Source: Candidatus Eiseniibacteriota bacterium (GTDB taxonomy: Bacteria > Eisenbacteria > RBG-16-71-46). Taken from it: DNA of 64,000 nucleotides. The notes beneath the pieces are model-generated. The model made no database searches and had not been told where the DNA came from. It worked only from the letters and a program-made list of their open reading frames with translations. Below, one piece after another: positions 31,766-41,537 of this stretch (position 1 is its first letter; every line of letters starts with the position of its first letter). Position numbers and translations under genes: made by a program. The stretch lies in contig JBGAML010000013.1 in NCBI GenBank assembly GCA_044223005.1, forward strand, positions 72,489 to 136,488, read 5' to 3'.

Positions 31766-33607
31766 GTGACGCGATTCGTGAAGCATCGGGGGTTCGCGGT
31801 GCTGGCGGCATGCCTGCTCGTGGGGTCGGCCGGCTGTGGCGGTTCGCGCGGGACGACGTCCGGGCGCGTGGACCACCACCCGCTGCCCGTGGACACGCTG
31901 ACGGTCCGCATGGACGAGCTCGGCGAGTTCGGTGGGCGATTCGTGGTCGGTGCGACGGCGAGCCCCAAGACGTTCAACGCGCTGATCGCGAACGAGCAGC
32001 CCTCCAACGACGTCTGCAACCTGATCTTCGAGTCGCTCACGGGCACCGACAACGTCACGCAGCAGGACACGCCCGCGCTGGCGCGGTCGTGGGAGTGGAG
32101 CGCCGACGGGCGCACGGTGACCTACCTGCTCCGGCGGGGCCTGCGCTTCTCCGACGGCCACCCGCTCACGACCGAGGACGTGAAGTTCAGCTTCGACGTC
32201 GCGCTCGACGACTCGCTGCCGACGGTGGGCAAGGACGGCCTGAGCTATGTCGATCCGGAGACGCACGAGTCGGTGCGCTTCCAGTATCAGGTGCTCGATT
32301 CGCTTCGCTTCTCGGTCACCTCGCCGCGGCCCTACGCGATGATGCTGTCCGCGGTCGGCTCCGTGCGGATCCTGCCGAAGCACAAGCTCGAGGCGGCCTG
32401 GAAGGCGGGCCGGTACGCGGAGATGTACGGGATCTCCACGCCACCGGCGGAAGTCGTGGGTAGCGGGCCGTGGCGGCTCGCGGAGTTCGTGCCCGACCAG
32501 AAGGTGGTGCTCGAGCCCAATCCGTGGTGGTACGGCGTCGACGCGAAGGGCCGGCGGCTGCCGTACCTCGACCAGGTCGTGTTCCTGATCGCGCGCGACC
32601 AGAACGTCGCGGCGATGAAGTTCCACGCCGGCGAGCTCGACGCGCTCGACAACGTGCGGCCCGAGGACTACCGCGGCTACCAGGAGGCCAAGGCGAAGGA
32701 GAAGTACACGGTCTACGAGATCGGCCCTTCGCTGAACACCAACTTCTTCTGGTTCAACTTGAACCGGGCGCAAGTCAGATCCGCCAGCGTGCGGGCGGGC
32801 GAGCCCGTGGTCGGGCGCGTCAAGTACGCGTGGTTCGGCAACCCGGTGTTCCGGCGCGCCGTGTCGCTGGCGATCGACCGCGAAGCGATCATCCGCGGTC
32901 CGTTCCGTGGCTATGCGATCAAGAACTGGCAGTTGCTGACGCGCGGCAACGTGGCCTGGCACGACACGACGATCGCCGCGCTCGACTACGACCCCGAAGG
33001 GGCGAAGAAGCTGCTCGCGGGCCTCGGCATGCGCGACCGCAACGGGGACGGGGTGCTCGAGGACGCGGGCGGTCACCCGGTCGAGTTCTCGCTCATGACC
33101 AACGCCGACAACACCGTCCGGCGGGACATGATGACGCTCATCGCCGATGATCTCGCCAAGGTCGGCATCCGGGTCCTGCCGGCGCCGCTCGAGATGTCGA
33201 CGGTCGTGGGCCACATCCGGTCCGACCTGCAGTACGACGCCTGCCTCCTCGGGCTGGGCTCGGCGACGCCGCCGGACCCGGGCATGTACCCGAACGTGAT
33301 CAAGTCGACCGGGCTCACGCACTACTGGCACGTCCGCCAGGACCAGCCCGAGACGCCGGCCGAGGCGGAACTCGACGCGCTCTTCGATCGCAACGTCTAC
33401 ACCGCGGATCCGGAGATCCGCCGCCGGACCTACCACGACATCGCGACGATCATGAACGAGCAGGCGTTCTTCGTCTGGCTGCCGACGCAGATCGTGCAGC
33501 TGCCGGTGCGATCGCGATTCGGGAACGTGCACCCGACGCCCGTGCCGCCGCGGATCCTGTGGAACATCGAGCGGGTGTTCGTGAAGCACGGGGCGGGAGC
33601 GAGCTGA
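31766..33607 (+). CDS. peptide/nickel ABC transporter substrate-binding lipoprotein (family 5)
   Basis: Lipobox SAGC, PALARSWEWSADG..LRRGLRFSDGHPLTTEDVKFS, FRRAVSLAIDRE. Confidence 0.9.
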   Translation: MTRFVKHRGFAVLAACLLVGSAGCGGSRGTTSGRVDHHPLPVDTLTVRMDELGEFGGRFVVGATASPKTFNALIANEQPSNDVCNLIFESLTGTDNVTQQDTPALARSWEWSADGRTVTYLLRRGLRFSDGHPLTTEDVKFSFDVALDDSLPTVGKDGLSYVDPETHESVRFQYQVLDSLRFSVTSPRPYAMMLSAVGSVRILPKHKLEAAWKAGRYAEMYGISTPPAEVVGSGPWRLAEFVPDQKVVLEPNPWWYGVDAKGRRLPYLDQVVFLIARDQNVAAMKFHAGELDALDNVRPEDYRGYQEAKAKEKYTVYEIGPSLNTNFFWFNLNRAQVRSASVRAGEPVVGRVKYAWFGNPVFRRAVSLAIDREAIIRGPFRGYAIKNWQLLTRGNVAWHDTTIAALDYDPEGAKKLLAGLGMRDRNGDGVLEDAGGHPVEFSLMTNADNTVRRDMMTLIADDLAKVGIRVLPAPLEMSTVVGHIRSDLQYDACLLGLGSATPPDPGMYPNVIKSTGLTHYWHVRQDQPETPAEAELDALFDRNVYTADPEIRRRTYHDIATIMNEQAFFVWLPTQIVQLPVRSRFGNVHPTPVPPRILWNIERVFVKHGAGAS

Positions 33608-33617
33608 GCCGCGATCC

Positions 33618-34586
33618 ATGCGGACCTACGTCCTCCGCCGCCTGCTGCAGGTCGTGCCGCTGCTGCTCGGGATCTCCGCGCTCACGTTCCTGCTCCTGAA
33701 GCTCGCGCCCGGGGACTTCACCTCGGCCTTCGCCGAGAATCCGCAGGTCTCCGCCGAGACGCTCGCGCGGATGCGGCATCAGTTCGGGCTCGACCAGCCG
33801 GCGTGGGTGCAGTACCTGCTCTACCTGCGCAACGTGGCGACGCGGCTCGATTTCGGGCAATCGTTCACCTACCACCAGCCGGTCGCGACGGTGCTGTTCG
33901 CGCGGCTGGGCAACACGCTGCTCCTCGCGGCGGCGGGCGCGCTCGTCACGTGGGGCCTCGCCGTCCCGCTCGGTGTGGTGGCCGCGGCGCGCTCGGGCTC
34001 GTGGATCGATCGCGTGCTCTCGCTGTTCGCGTTCGCCGGGCTGTCGGTGCCGGAGGTGCTCTCGGGCCTGCTGCTGCTCTGGTTCGCCGCCAACACGCAC
34101 CTGTTCCCGGTCGGCGGCATGCACGGTCTCGACGCCGCGGACGCGGGGCCGTGGGGCCGCTTCCTCGACCTGCTGCGCCACCTCGTGCTGCCCGCACTGG
34201 TCGTGGGCACCGTGCCGCTCGCGAGCCGCATGCGCCAGATGCGCAGCAGCCTGCTCGACGTCCTCGGCGCGGACTACGTGGTGACCGCGCGCGCCAAGGG
34301 GCTCCCCGAATCCGCGGTGGTGGTGCGCCACGCGCTGCGCAACGCACTCAACCCGATGATCACGCTGTTCGGCTTCACGCTCGGCTCGCTCGTCTCGGGC
34401 GCGTTCGTCGCGGAGTACATCTTCAGCTGGCCGGGCCTGGGCACCATCACGCTCGAGGCCATCCAGCGCCAGGACCAGTACCTCGTGCTCGGCGCGGTGA
34501 TGCTCTCGGCCACCGTGCTCGTGCTCGGGAACCTCGTCGCCGACCTGCTCCTCGCGGTCGCCGACCCGCGGATCGTCCATGGCTGA
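33618..34586 (+). CDS. peptide ABC transporter permease (OppB/DppB type)
   Basis: YVLRRLLQ..FGLDQP, DYVVTARAKGL, HALRNAL, DPRI. Confidence 0.92.
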   Translation: MRTYVLRRLLQVVPLLLGISALTFLLLKLAPGDFTSAFAENPQVSAETLARMRHQFGLDQPAWVQYLLYLRNVATRLDFGQSFTYHQPVATVLFARLGNTLLLAAAGALVTWGLAVPLGVVAAARSGSWIDRVLSLFAFAGLSVPEVLSGLLLLWFAANTHLFPVGGMHGLDAADAGPWGRFLDLLRHLVLPALVVGTVPLASRMRQMRSSLLDVLGADYVVTARAKGLPESAVVVRHALRNALNPMITLFGFTLGSLVSGAFVAEYIFSWPGLGTITLEAIQRQDQYLVLGAVMLSATVLVLGNLVADLLLAVADPRIVHG

Positions 34587-35667
34587 CCCGGCGCCTTCCG
34601 CGGCGCGCCGGGCCTGGCGCGCCCTGGCGGCGAACCGTGCCGCGACGGCGGGCGCGTGGCTGCTCGCGCTCTTCTACGCCGCGGCGCTGCTCGCACCGTT
34701 CCTCGCGCCCTACGCCGAGAACGACGTCGATCGCGGTCGCTTCTTCCATCCGCCGACCCCGCTCCATTGGATCGGCGCGGACGGGCGCTTCGGCCCGTGC
34801 GTGCGCGCGACGTTCGTCGCGGACCCGCTGACGCTGCGCTACGCCGAGGACCCCGGGACGACGGCGCGCGTGCGCTGGTTCGTGCGCGGCGCGCCCTACC
34901 GGCTGTTCGGTGTGCTGCCGTCGGACCGGCACCTCTTCGGGGTCGATGCGCCCGCGCGGATCTACCTGCTGGGTGCGGATCCCCTCGGGCGCGACGAGCT
35001 GACGCGGCTGCTCTTCGGGGCGCAGGTCTCGCTCACCGTCGGCCTCGTGGGCATCGCCGTGTCGTTCGTGCTCGGGTTGCTGCTCGGCGGGCTCGCGGGC
35101 TACCTCGGCGGCGTGGCGGACACGCTCGTCATGCGCAGCACCGAGGTGCTGCTCAGCGTGCCGGCGCTCTACCTGATCCTCGCGCTGCGGGGCGCCTTCC
35201 CGCTCGACCTGCCCAGCCGCCAGGTTTATCTCGCGATCGTGGCGATCCTCGCGCTCTTCGGATGGGCGGCCCTGGGGCGCGTCGTGCGGGGGATGGTGCT
35301 GTCGATCCGGCGCCAGGACTACGTGCTCGCGGCCGAGGCGCTCGGCATGAGCCGCTGGCGGGTGCTCCGGCGCCACATCCTGCCCAACACGTTTTCGTTC
35401 GTGATCGTCGCCGCCACCGTCGCCGTACCGGGCTACGTGCTGGGCGAGGTGTTCCTGTCGTTCCTCGGCATGGGCGTGCAGGAGCCGTCGGCGTCGTGGG
35501 GCAACATGCTGCAGCAGGCGCGCAACACCGACGTGCTGACGCACTATCCGTGGATGCTCTTCGGGCCGGCGATCGCGATCTTCCTCACGGTGCTGGCGTT
35601 CAACTTCCTCGGCGACGGGCTGCGCGACGCGCTGGACCCGCGCCGGACCGGTGGAGGCCGCGCGTGA
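34579..35667 (+). CDS. peptide ABC transporter permease (OppC/DppC type)
   Basis: [38 protein letters not shown]. Confidence 0.92.
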   Translation: MADPAPSAARRAWRALAANRAATAGAWLLALFYAAALLAPFLAPYAENDVDRGRFFHPPTPLHWIGADGRFGPCVRATFVADPLTLRYAEDPGTTARVRWFVRGAPYRLFGVLPSDRHLFGVDAPARIYLLGADPLGRDELTRLLFGAQVSLTVGLVGIAVSFVLGLLLGGLAGYLGGVADTLVMRSTEVLLSVPALYLILALRGAFPLDLPSRQVYLAIVAILALFGWAALGRVVRGMVLSIRRQDYVLAAEALGMSRWRVLRRHILPNTFSFVIVAATVAVPGYVLGEVFLSFLGMGVQEPSASWGNMLQQARNTDVLTHYPWMLFGPAIAIFLTVLAFNFLGDGLRDALDPRRTGGGRA

Positions 35668-36677
35668 GCGACACGCTGCTCGAGGTGCGCGATCTGCGCA
35701 CGGAGTTCCGGACCGAGGCGGGGCTCGTCGCCGCGGTGGACGGCGTCTCGCTGGACGTCGCGGCGGGAGAGACGCTCGCGGTCGTCGGTGAGTCGGGCAG
35801 CGGCAAGAGCGTCACCGCGCTCTCGATCCTGCGGCTCGTCGCACCGCCCGGCCGCATCGTTCGCGGCGCCGTGCGCTTCCGGGGCCGCGACCTGCTCGGG
35901 CTGCCCGAGCGCGAGATGCGCCGCGTCCGCGGCCGCGAGATCTCGATGATCTTCCAGGAGCCCATGACGTCGCTCAACCCGGTGCACACGTGCGGCGACC
36001 AGGTCGCCGAGGTGCTCGAACTGCACGAGGGCCTCGGGCGCGCTGCGGCGCGGGCGCGAGCGGTGGCGCTGCTCGAGCAGGTGGGTATCCCCGATCCGGC
36101 GGCGCGGGCGCGCGACTATCCGCACCAGCTCTCGGGCGGGCAGCGCCAGCGCGTCATGATCGCCATGGCACTCGCGTGCCGTCCCGCGCTGCTCATCGCG
36201 GACGAGCCGACGACCGCGCTCGACGTGACGATCCAGGCGCAGATCCTCGAACTGCTGGACCGCCTGCGGCGCGAGTTGGGCATGGCCGTGCTTCTCATCA
36301 CCCACGACCTCGGCGTCGTCGCCGAGAGCGCCGACCGGATGGCCGTGCTGTACGCCGGTCAGGTCGTCGAAGCGGGTGACGTGGCCGCGGTGTTCACCTC
36401 GCCGCGGCATCCGTACACGGCCGGCCTGCTCGCCTCGCGCCCGGTGGCGGGCGTCGCGCGCGAGCGCCTGAGCGCGATCCCCGGCGGCGTGCCCGATCCA
36501 CTCGCGTTCCCCGCCGGCTGCCGCTTCCATCCGCGCTGCCCGCTCGCGCAGGACCGCTGCCGGCGCGAACCGCCCGCGCTCGTCGCGGAGGGGGGAGGGC
36601 GCGCGGCACGCTGCTGGCGCTCGGACGAACTCGCCGCGGGGACCGCAGTCCCCGCGTGGGAGGAGGCCGGACGATGA
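35664..36677 (+). CDS. peptide ABC transporter ATP-binding protein (OppD type)
   Basis: [38 protein letters not shown]. Confidence 0.93.
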   Translation: MSDTLLEVRDLRTEFRTEAGLVAAVDGVSLDVAAGETLAVVGESGSGKSVTALSILRLVAPPGRIVRGAVRFRGRDLLGLPEREMRRVRGREISMIFQEPMTSLNPVHTCGDQVAEVLELHEGLGRAAARARAVALLEQVGIPDPAARARDYPHQLSGGQRQRVMIAMALACRPALLIADEPTTALDVTIQAQILELLDRLRRELGMAVLLITHDLGVVAESADRMAVLYAGQVVEAGDVAAVFTSPRHPYTAGLLASRPVAGVARERLSAIPGGVPDPLAFPAGCRFHPRCPLAQDRCRREPPALVAEGGGRAARCWRSDELAAGTAVPAWEEAGR

Positions 36678-37654
36678 GCGCGCCGCTGCTGCAGGTTCGC
36701 GACCTCGTGAAGCGATTCCCCGTGCGCGGCGGCCTGTTCGGCCGCGTGACCGGCGAGGTGCGCGCCGTGGACGGAGTCTCGTTCGACGTCGGCGAAGGCG
36801 AGACGCTCGGACTGGTGGGCGAGAGCGGCTGCGGCAAGACCACCACGGGCCGCTCGATCCTGCGGCTCGTCGAACCGACGTCGGGGCAGGTCACCTTCGC
36901 GGGCGAGGACGTGCGCGCCGCGCGGCCACGCGCGCTGCGGGCCCTGCGGCGGCGCATGCAGGTCGTCTTCCAGGATCCCTACTCGAGCCTCAACCCGCGC
37001 CTCACCGTGGGCAGCATGCTGGGCGAGGCGCTCGAGATCCACGGCATCGCGCGCGGCGCGGCGGCGCGCGAGCGCATCGCGCGGCTGCTGCTCGACGTCG
37101 GACTGCTGCCGGAACACTCGGCGCGCTACCCGCACGAGTTCTCGGGCGGCCAGCGGCAGCGGATCGGCATCGCGCGGGCGCTCGCGGTCGAGCCGCGGTT
37201 CGTCGTGCTCGACGAACCGGTGAGCGCGCTGGACGTCTCGATCCAGGCGCAGATCGTGAACCTGCTCCGCGACCTCCAGCGCCGCCACGGGCTCGCCTAC
37301 CTGTTCGTGGCCCACGATCTCGCGGTCGTCGAGCACGTGAGCGACCGGGTCGCGGTCATGTACCTCGGGCGCATCGTCGAACACGCCCCGAAGGCGGCGC
37401 TGTACGCCGCGGCCCGGCACCCCTACACGCAGGCGCTGCTGGCCGCGATCCCGGTCGCCGACCCGGCCCGGCGGGGGAGCCGGAGCCTGCCGCAGGGTGA
37501 CGTGCCCAGTCCGGCGCGGCCGCCGTCCGGCTGCCACTTCCATCCGCGCTGCCCCCTCGCCGTGCGCTGCGGCGGGCTCGAGCGCTGCCGGAGCGAGGTA
37601 CCGGTCCTGCGCGAAGTGGCTCCGGGCCACTCCGTGGCCTGCCACTTCGCCTGA
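36674..37654 (+). CDS. peptide ABC transporter ATP-binding protein (OppF type)
   Basis: [35 protein letters not shown]. Confidence 0.93.
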   Translation: MSAPLLQVRDLVKRFPVRGGLFGRVTGEVRAVDGVSFDVGEGETLGLVGESGCGKTTTGRSILRLVEPTSGQVTFAGEDVRAARPRALRALRRRMQVVFQDPYSSLNPRLTVGSMLGEALEIHGIARGAAARERIARLLLDVGLLPEHSARYPHEFSGGQRQRIGIARALAVEPRFVVLDEPVSALDVSIQAQIVNLLRDLQRRHGLAYLFVAHDLAVVEHVSDRVAVMYLGRIVEHAPKAALYAAARHPYTQALLAAIPVADPARRGSRSLPQGDVPSPARPPSGCHFHPRCPLAVRCGGLERCRSEVPVLREVAPGHSVACHFA

Positions 37655-37863
37655 TCGCACCCGCGGGCGGGTGAACCGACCCGCGGCGCGCGCGAAAGCC
37701 CCCAGCCGGAGGCGCGGCGCTGCGGCGTCCCGCCCGGTCCGCAACGGGTGCGCGGGCGGGACGCAATGCCCACCCCCCGGCGAGCGCCCCGGAATCCGCA
37801 CGAATTCGCGTTCCGGTGACGCATTCGCACGCACCTACGGGTGGCGCTCCCGCGCGCCGGCTC

Positions 37864-37880
37864 TCGGCATCGCCCTTGCG
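37864..37880 (+). promoter_or_regulatory. possible sigma54 (-24/-12) promoter
   Basis: TCGGCATCGCCCTTGCG, i.e. GG-N10-GC with GGCA and TTGC cores. Confidence 0.45.
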
Positions 37881-37890
37881 ATACCTCTCC

Positions 37891-38184
37891 GTCGACGATG
37901 CGCCGAGGCGAACGCGGAGCCCGATGGGGCGAACGATCGCGCGAGGCCACACAACCGAATACGAAGTGCTCCCTGTGCCTCTCGTGCTTGGCTGTCTGTG
38001 GGCTGATCCCCCTATCGCGAGCGAAGGAGTCTATCGGACCGGCACACGGTGGTTGCGGGGAGCTTCATAGAAGGGCCCTGTTGTCCGGCGCCCATGGCCT
38101 CCGTGCTCGACTCACGCGACCGTGACCCAGGGCCCATGAAATCCCCGATCGCCGTGGCGTTCCCGCCACGGCGATCGTCGTTTA
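37891..38184 (+). ncRNA. candidate structured small RNA of unknown family
   Basis: Lies between the sigma54-like motif and a 14-bp terminator-like hairpin. Lower GC than its surroundings, no convincing ORF, and internal complementarity (TGTGCC/GGCACA; GCTCCC/GGGAGC). Confidence 0.3.
38146..38184 (+). terminator. probable intrinsic terminator
   Basis: Perfect 14-bp stem CGATCGCCGTGGCG-TTCC-CGCCACGGCGATCG followed by TCGTTT. Confidence 0.55.
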
Positions 38185-38245
38185 CCCGCCGCGCACCCAC
38201 CGCCGCCCCGTCCCGCGTGCGCCCGAAGGACCACTGCCCGGGTCG

Positions 38246-38274
38246 TTGACCCCGCTCCCGCATGCTGTTAGCGT
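38246..38274 (+). promoter_or_regulatory. sigma70-type promoter for the BMC operon
   Basis: TTGACC-17-TAGCGT with an extended TG. Confidence 0.6.
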
Positions 38275-38331
38275 GCGTTGCCGTTGTCGGAAGCGAAGTC
38301 TCGTGCGGTCCGGAGAAGGGCGGGCGGTCCG

Positions 38332-38616
38332 ATGGAGCAGCGTACTCGGCAGTCACTCGGGCTCGTGGAAACGCGTGGCTGGGTGGCGGCCGTGGAAGCC
38401 GCCGACGCGATGGCGAAAGCCGCGCGCGTCGAAATCGGGCGCGTCGACGTCACCCGGGACAGCCGCGTGACGATCGTCGTCCGCGGTCCGCTCGCCGAAG
38501 TCGAGGCGGCGGTCGCCGCCGGCGAATCGGCCGCGGCCCGCGTCGGGACGCTGTTGCGCGGACACGTGATCCCTTCGCCCGACCCGAACCTCGAATTCAT
38601 GTTGCAGAGGGGATGA
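38332..38616 (+). CDS. BMC-H microcompartment shell hexamer protein (divergent)
   Basis: SLGLVETRGWVAAVEAADAMAKAARV...HVIPSPD. Confidence 0.88.
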   Translation: MEQRTRQSLGLVETRGWVAAVEAADAMAKAARVEIGRVDVTRDSRVTIVVRGPLAEVEAAVAAGESAAARVGTLLRGHVIPSPDPNLEFMLQRG

Positions 38617-38670
38617 CCCCGCGGGGCCGTCCCACGCTCGAACCCCACGCCGGTCCGGCGGGAGGATCCC

Positions 38671-38970
38671 ATGCAGGAAGAAGCCCTTGGCCTGATCGAG
38701 ACGCGTGGCTTCGTCGCCATGGTGGAAGCGTCCGACGCGATGGTGAAGGCCGCGCGTGTGACGCTGGTGCACTACGAGAAGATCGGTGGCGGCTACGTGA
38801 CGACCGTCGTCCGCGGTGACGTCGCGGCCGTGCGCGCCGCGACCGAAGCCGGTGCCGCCGCCGCCGCGAAGGTGGGCGAGGTGGTCTCGGTGCACGTCAT
38901 CCCGCGTCCGCACGGCCAGCTCGAGGACGCGCTGCCGATCCGCCGTCCCGAGCCCGCCGGCAAGAAGTAG
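38671..38970 (+). CDS. BMC-H shell hexamer protein (EutM/PduA-like)
   Basis: [27 protein letters not shown]...[24 protein letters not shown]. Confidence 0.95.
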   Translation: MQEEALGLIETRGFVAMVEASDAMVKAARVTLVHYEKIGGGYVTTVVRGDVAAVRAATEAGAAAAAKVGEVVSVHVIPRPHGQLEDALPIRRPEPAGKK

Positions 38971-38976
38971 CCCGAG

Positions 38977-39282
38977 ATGATCCTGGCCCAGGTGTTGGGC
39001 ACCGTCGTCTCGACGCGCAAGGACTCGGGGCTCTCGGGCCTCAAGCTCCTGCTCGCGCGCGAGGTCGACGGGGCGTTCAAGCCCGCGGGCAACTTCGTCG
39101 TCGCGGTGGATGCCGTCGGCGCGGGAACCGGCGAGATCGTCCTGATCGCCGCCGGTTCCTCGGCGCGGCTCACCGAGGTCACGAAGGATCGCCCGGTGGA
39201 CCACGTCATCAGTGCCATCGTGGATGCCGTCGAGGTCGACGGCCGGGACGTGTACCTGAAGAGCGCCGGCCTGCCGGGATGA
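38977..39282 (+). CDS. BMC-P vertex pentamer protein (EutN/CcmL family)
   Basis: MILAQVLGTVVSTRKD..L.GLKLLL..VAVDAVGAGTGEIVL..GSSAR. Confidence 0.93.
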   Translation: MILAQVLGTVVSTRKDSGLSGLKLLLAREVDGAFKPAGNFVVAVDAVGAGTGEIVLIAAGSSARLTEVTKDRPVDHVISAIVDAVEVDGRDVYLKSAGLPG

Positions 39283-39289
39283 GGCGCGC

Positions 39290-40705
39290 ATGAGCATCGA
39301 CCCCGCCCGTATCCAGTCCATCGTCGCGGACGTGCTGGACCAGCTCGATCGCGGCCGGCCCGGCGAGGGCGCTTCGGCGCCGCTCGGCGTGCACGACACG
39401 CTCGATGCCGCCGTCGCCGCGGCGCGGAAGTCGTTCCAGGCGTTCCGGGACGTGCCGCTCGAGGTGCGCGGCCGCATCATCGCGAGCATCCGCTCGACCA
39501 TGATGGGCCAGCTCGAGACGCTGGCGAAGGTCGCGGTCGACGAGACCGGCCTCGGCCGCATCGACGACAAGATCCTCAAGAACCAGCTGGTCGTCGAGAA
39601 GACGCCGGGCGTCGAGGACGTCGAGGCCGCGGTGTGGACGGGCGATCACGGGCTCACGCTGGTCGAGCGCGCGCCGTACGGCGTGATCGGCGTCATCACG
39701 CCGGTCACGAATCCGTCGGACACGATCATCAACAACGGGATCGGCATGATCGCGGCGGGCAACACCGCCGTATTCTGCCCGCACCCGAGCGCGCGCAAGA
39801 TCTCGACGCTGACGATCGACCTCATCAACCGCGCCGCGCGCCGCGCGGGCGCGCCCGAGCCGCTGCTGCACTCGGTGGCCGAGCCGACCCTCGACGTCGC
39901 CAAGGCGCTGCTGCGCCACCCGGGCACGCGCCTCAACGTCGTGACGGGCGGCCCGGGCGTGGTGAAGGAGGCCATGGGCTCCGGCAAGAAGTCGATCTGC
40001 GCCGGACCCGGCAATCCGCCGTCGGTCGTCGACGAGACCGCCGACCTCGAACAGGCCGCGCGCGATCTCGTGATGGGCGCCTCGCTCGACAACAACATCA
40101 TCTGCGTCGACGAGAAGGAGATCGTGTGCGTCTCGATCGTCGCGGACCGGCTCAAGGAGCTCATGAGCCGCGCCGGCGCGATCGTGCTGAGCCCCCACCA
40201 GGTCGAGCAGGTGCGCAAGCTGGTCATGGAGTACGAGAAGGGGCCGCGCAAGCACGGCGGCGTGAACAAGAAGTACGTCGGCAAGAACGTCGACGTGATC
40301 CTTCGCGACGCGGGCATCCCGTGCGATCCGTCCAAGCGGCTCGCGCTCTGCGAGGTCGACGGGGACCATCCGTTCCTCTGGACCGAGCTCATGATGCCCG
40401 TGCTGCCGCTGGTGCGCGTCCGCAACGCGGACGAGGGGATCGACTTCGCGGTCGAGGTCGAACACGGCTACCGGCACACCGCGTCCATGCATTCCCGCAA
40501 CATCGACAAGCTCTCGAAGATGGCGCGCGCGATGGACTGCTCCATCTTCGTCAAGAACGGCCCGCACGCCTCCGGCCTCGGCTGGAACGGCGAGGGTCCC
40601 ACCAGCTTCACGATCGCGAGTCCCACGGGCGAAGGCATGACCACCGCGCGCAGCTTCACGCGGCTGCGGCGCTGCACGCTCAAGGACCGCTTCCGGATCG
40701 TATGA
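39290..40705 (+). CDS. CoA-acylating aldehyde dehydrogenase (EutE/PduP family) with N-terminal encapsulation peptide
   Basis: KTPGVED, GDHGLTLVERAPYGVIG.ITPVTNP, VTGGPGVV, AGPGNPP, catalytic Cys in DNNIICVDEKE, TSFTIASPTGEG. Confidence 0.92.
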   Translation: MSIDPARIQSIVADVLDQLDRGRPGEGASAPLGVHDTLDAAVAAARKSFQAFRDVPLEVRGRIIASIRSTMMGQLETLAKVAVDETGLGRIDDKILKNQLVVEKTPGVEDVEAAVWTGDHGLTLVERAPYGVIGVITPVTNPSDTIINNGIGMIAAGNTAVFCPHPSARKISTLTIDLINRAARRAGAPEPLLHSVAEPTLDVAKALLRHPGTRLNVVTGGPGVVKEAMGSGKKSICAGPGNPPSVVDETADLEQAARDLVMGASLDNNIICVDEKEIVCVSIVADRLKELMSRAGAIVLSPHQVEQVRKLVMEYEKGPRKHGGVNKKYVGKNVDVILRDAGIPCDPSKRLALCEVDGDHPFLWTELMMPVLPLVRVRNADEGIDFAVEVEHGYRHTASMHSRNIDKLSKMARAMDCSIFVKNGPHASGLGWNGEGPTSFTIASPTGEGMTTARSFTRLRRCTLKDRFRIV

Positions 40706-41253
40706 ACCCCGTCGCCATCGCCGCCGTCGAGACCTCGAGCATCGCGCAGGGATTCGTGGTCGCCGACGCCATGATGAAGCAGGCCGAGGTCGAGATGCTC
40801 GCGGCCACCACGCTGTCGCCGGGGCGCTTCTGGATCCTCGTCGGCGGCGACGTCGCGGACGTCCGCGCGGCGCACCGGCGCGGCGTCGAGATCGCGGCCG
40901 ACACGCTGCTCGACGACCTGTTCATCCCGCAGCTGCACGAGGGCGTCATGGCCGCGCTGCGCGGCACGGTGACGCGCTCCGAGGACGACTCGCTCGGCAT
41001 CCTCGAGACGCTGAGCGCGGCCTCGGCCATCGTGGCGGCGGACACCGCGGCCAAGGCGGCTCGCATCACGCTGCGCGACGTGCGACTCGCGAACGGGATC
41101 GGCGGCAAGGGGGTCGTGACGCTGTCCGGTGACGTGAGCGACGTGCAGGCGGGCGTCGAGGCCGGGCGCGAGTACGCACGCAAGAAGGGCCTGCTGGCGC
41201 GTGCCGTCGTCATCCCGCGGCTCGATCCGCGACTGCGCGCGCGGCTCGGCTGA
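40702..41253 (+). CDS. BMC-T tandem-domain shell protein (PduT-like)
   Basis: Two BMC domains: ETSSIAQGFVVADAMMKQA...SPGRFWILVGGDVADV and SLGILETLS..AADTAAKAA..RLANGIGGKG. Confidence 0.88.
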   Translation: MNPVAIAAVETSSIAQGFVVADAMMKQAEVEMLAATTLSPGRFWILVGGDVADVRAAHRRGVEIAADTLLDDLFIPQLHEGVMAALRGTVTRSEDDSLGILETLSAASAIVAADTAAKAARITLRDVRLANGIGGKGVVTLSGDVSDVQAGVEAGREYARKKGLLARAVVIPRLDPRLRARLG

Positions 41254-41537
41254 TGCTCTTCGCGCGGGTGATCGGGACGGTCGTCGCGACCGAGAAGGTG
41301 AAGGCCTGGAAGGGCTCGCGGCTCCTGCTGGTGCAGGGCTGCGATGCCGCCGGCACGCCCGGCTCGGGCCGCCCGTTCGCGGCCGTCGACCTCGTCTCCG
41401 CCGCGCCCGGGCAGCTGGTGTTCGTCGTGCGCGGCCGCGAGGCCGCCGTCGCGCTCGCGAATCCCGAGAATCCCGCCGACGCCGCCATCGTGGGGCTCGT
41501 GGACCAGGTCCGCGAGGCTCCCGGGGCCACCCGCTGA
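41253..41537 (+). CDS. BMC-P vertex pentamer protein (EutN/CcmL family), second
   Basis: MLFARVIGTVVATEK..LLLVQ..AVDLVSAAPGQLV..GREAA..DAAIVGLVD. Confidence 0.9.
   Translation: MLFARVIGTVVATEKVKAWKGSRLLLVQGCDAAGTPGSGRPFAAVDLVSAAPGQLVFVVRGREAAVALANPENPADAAIVGLVDQVREAPGATR

Noticed and set aside
38000..38032. CTGATC-N11-AGCGAAGG resembles the 3' half of a TPP riboswitch, and GCGAAGGAG recalls a glycine riboswitch
   Set aside because: The P5 stem cannot pair, the GCTGAGA and CTCTCAGG cores are absent, and there is no fitting downstream gene.
37841..38125. Cys-rich 94-aa ORF and overlapping short ORFs in the intergenic gap
   Set aside because: Codon usage is unlike the genome's strong GC3 bias and there is no recognisable motif; kept only as an alternative to the sRNA idea.
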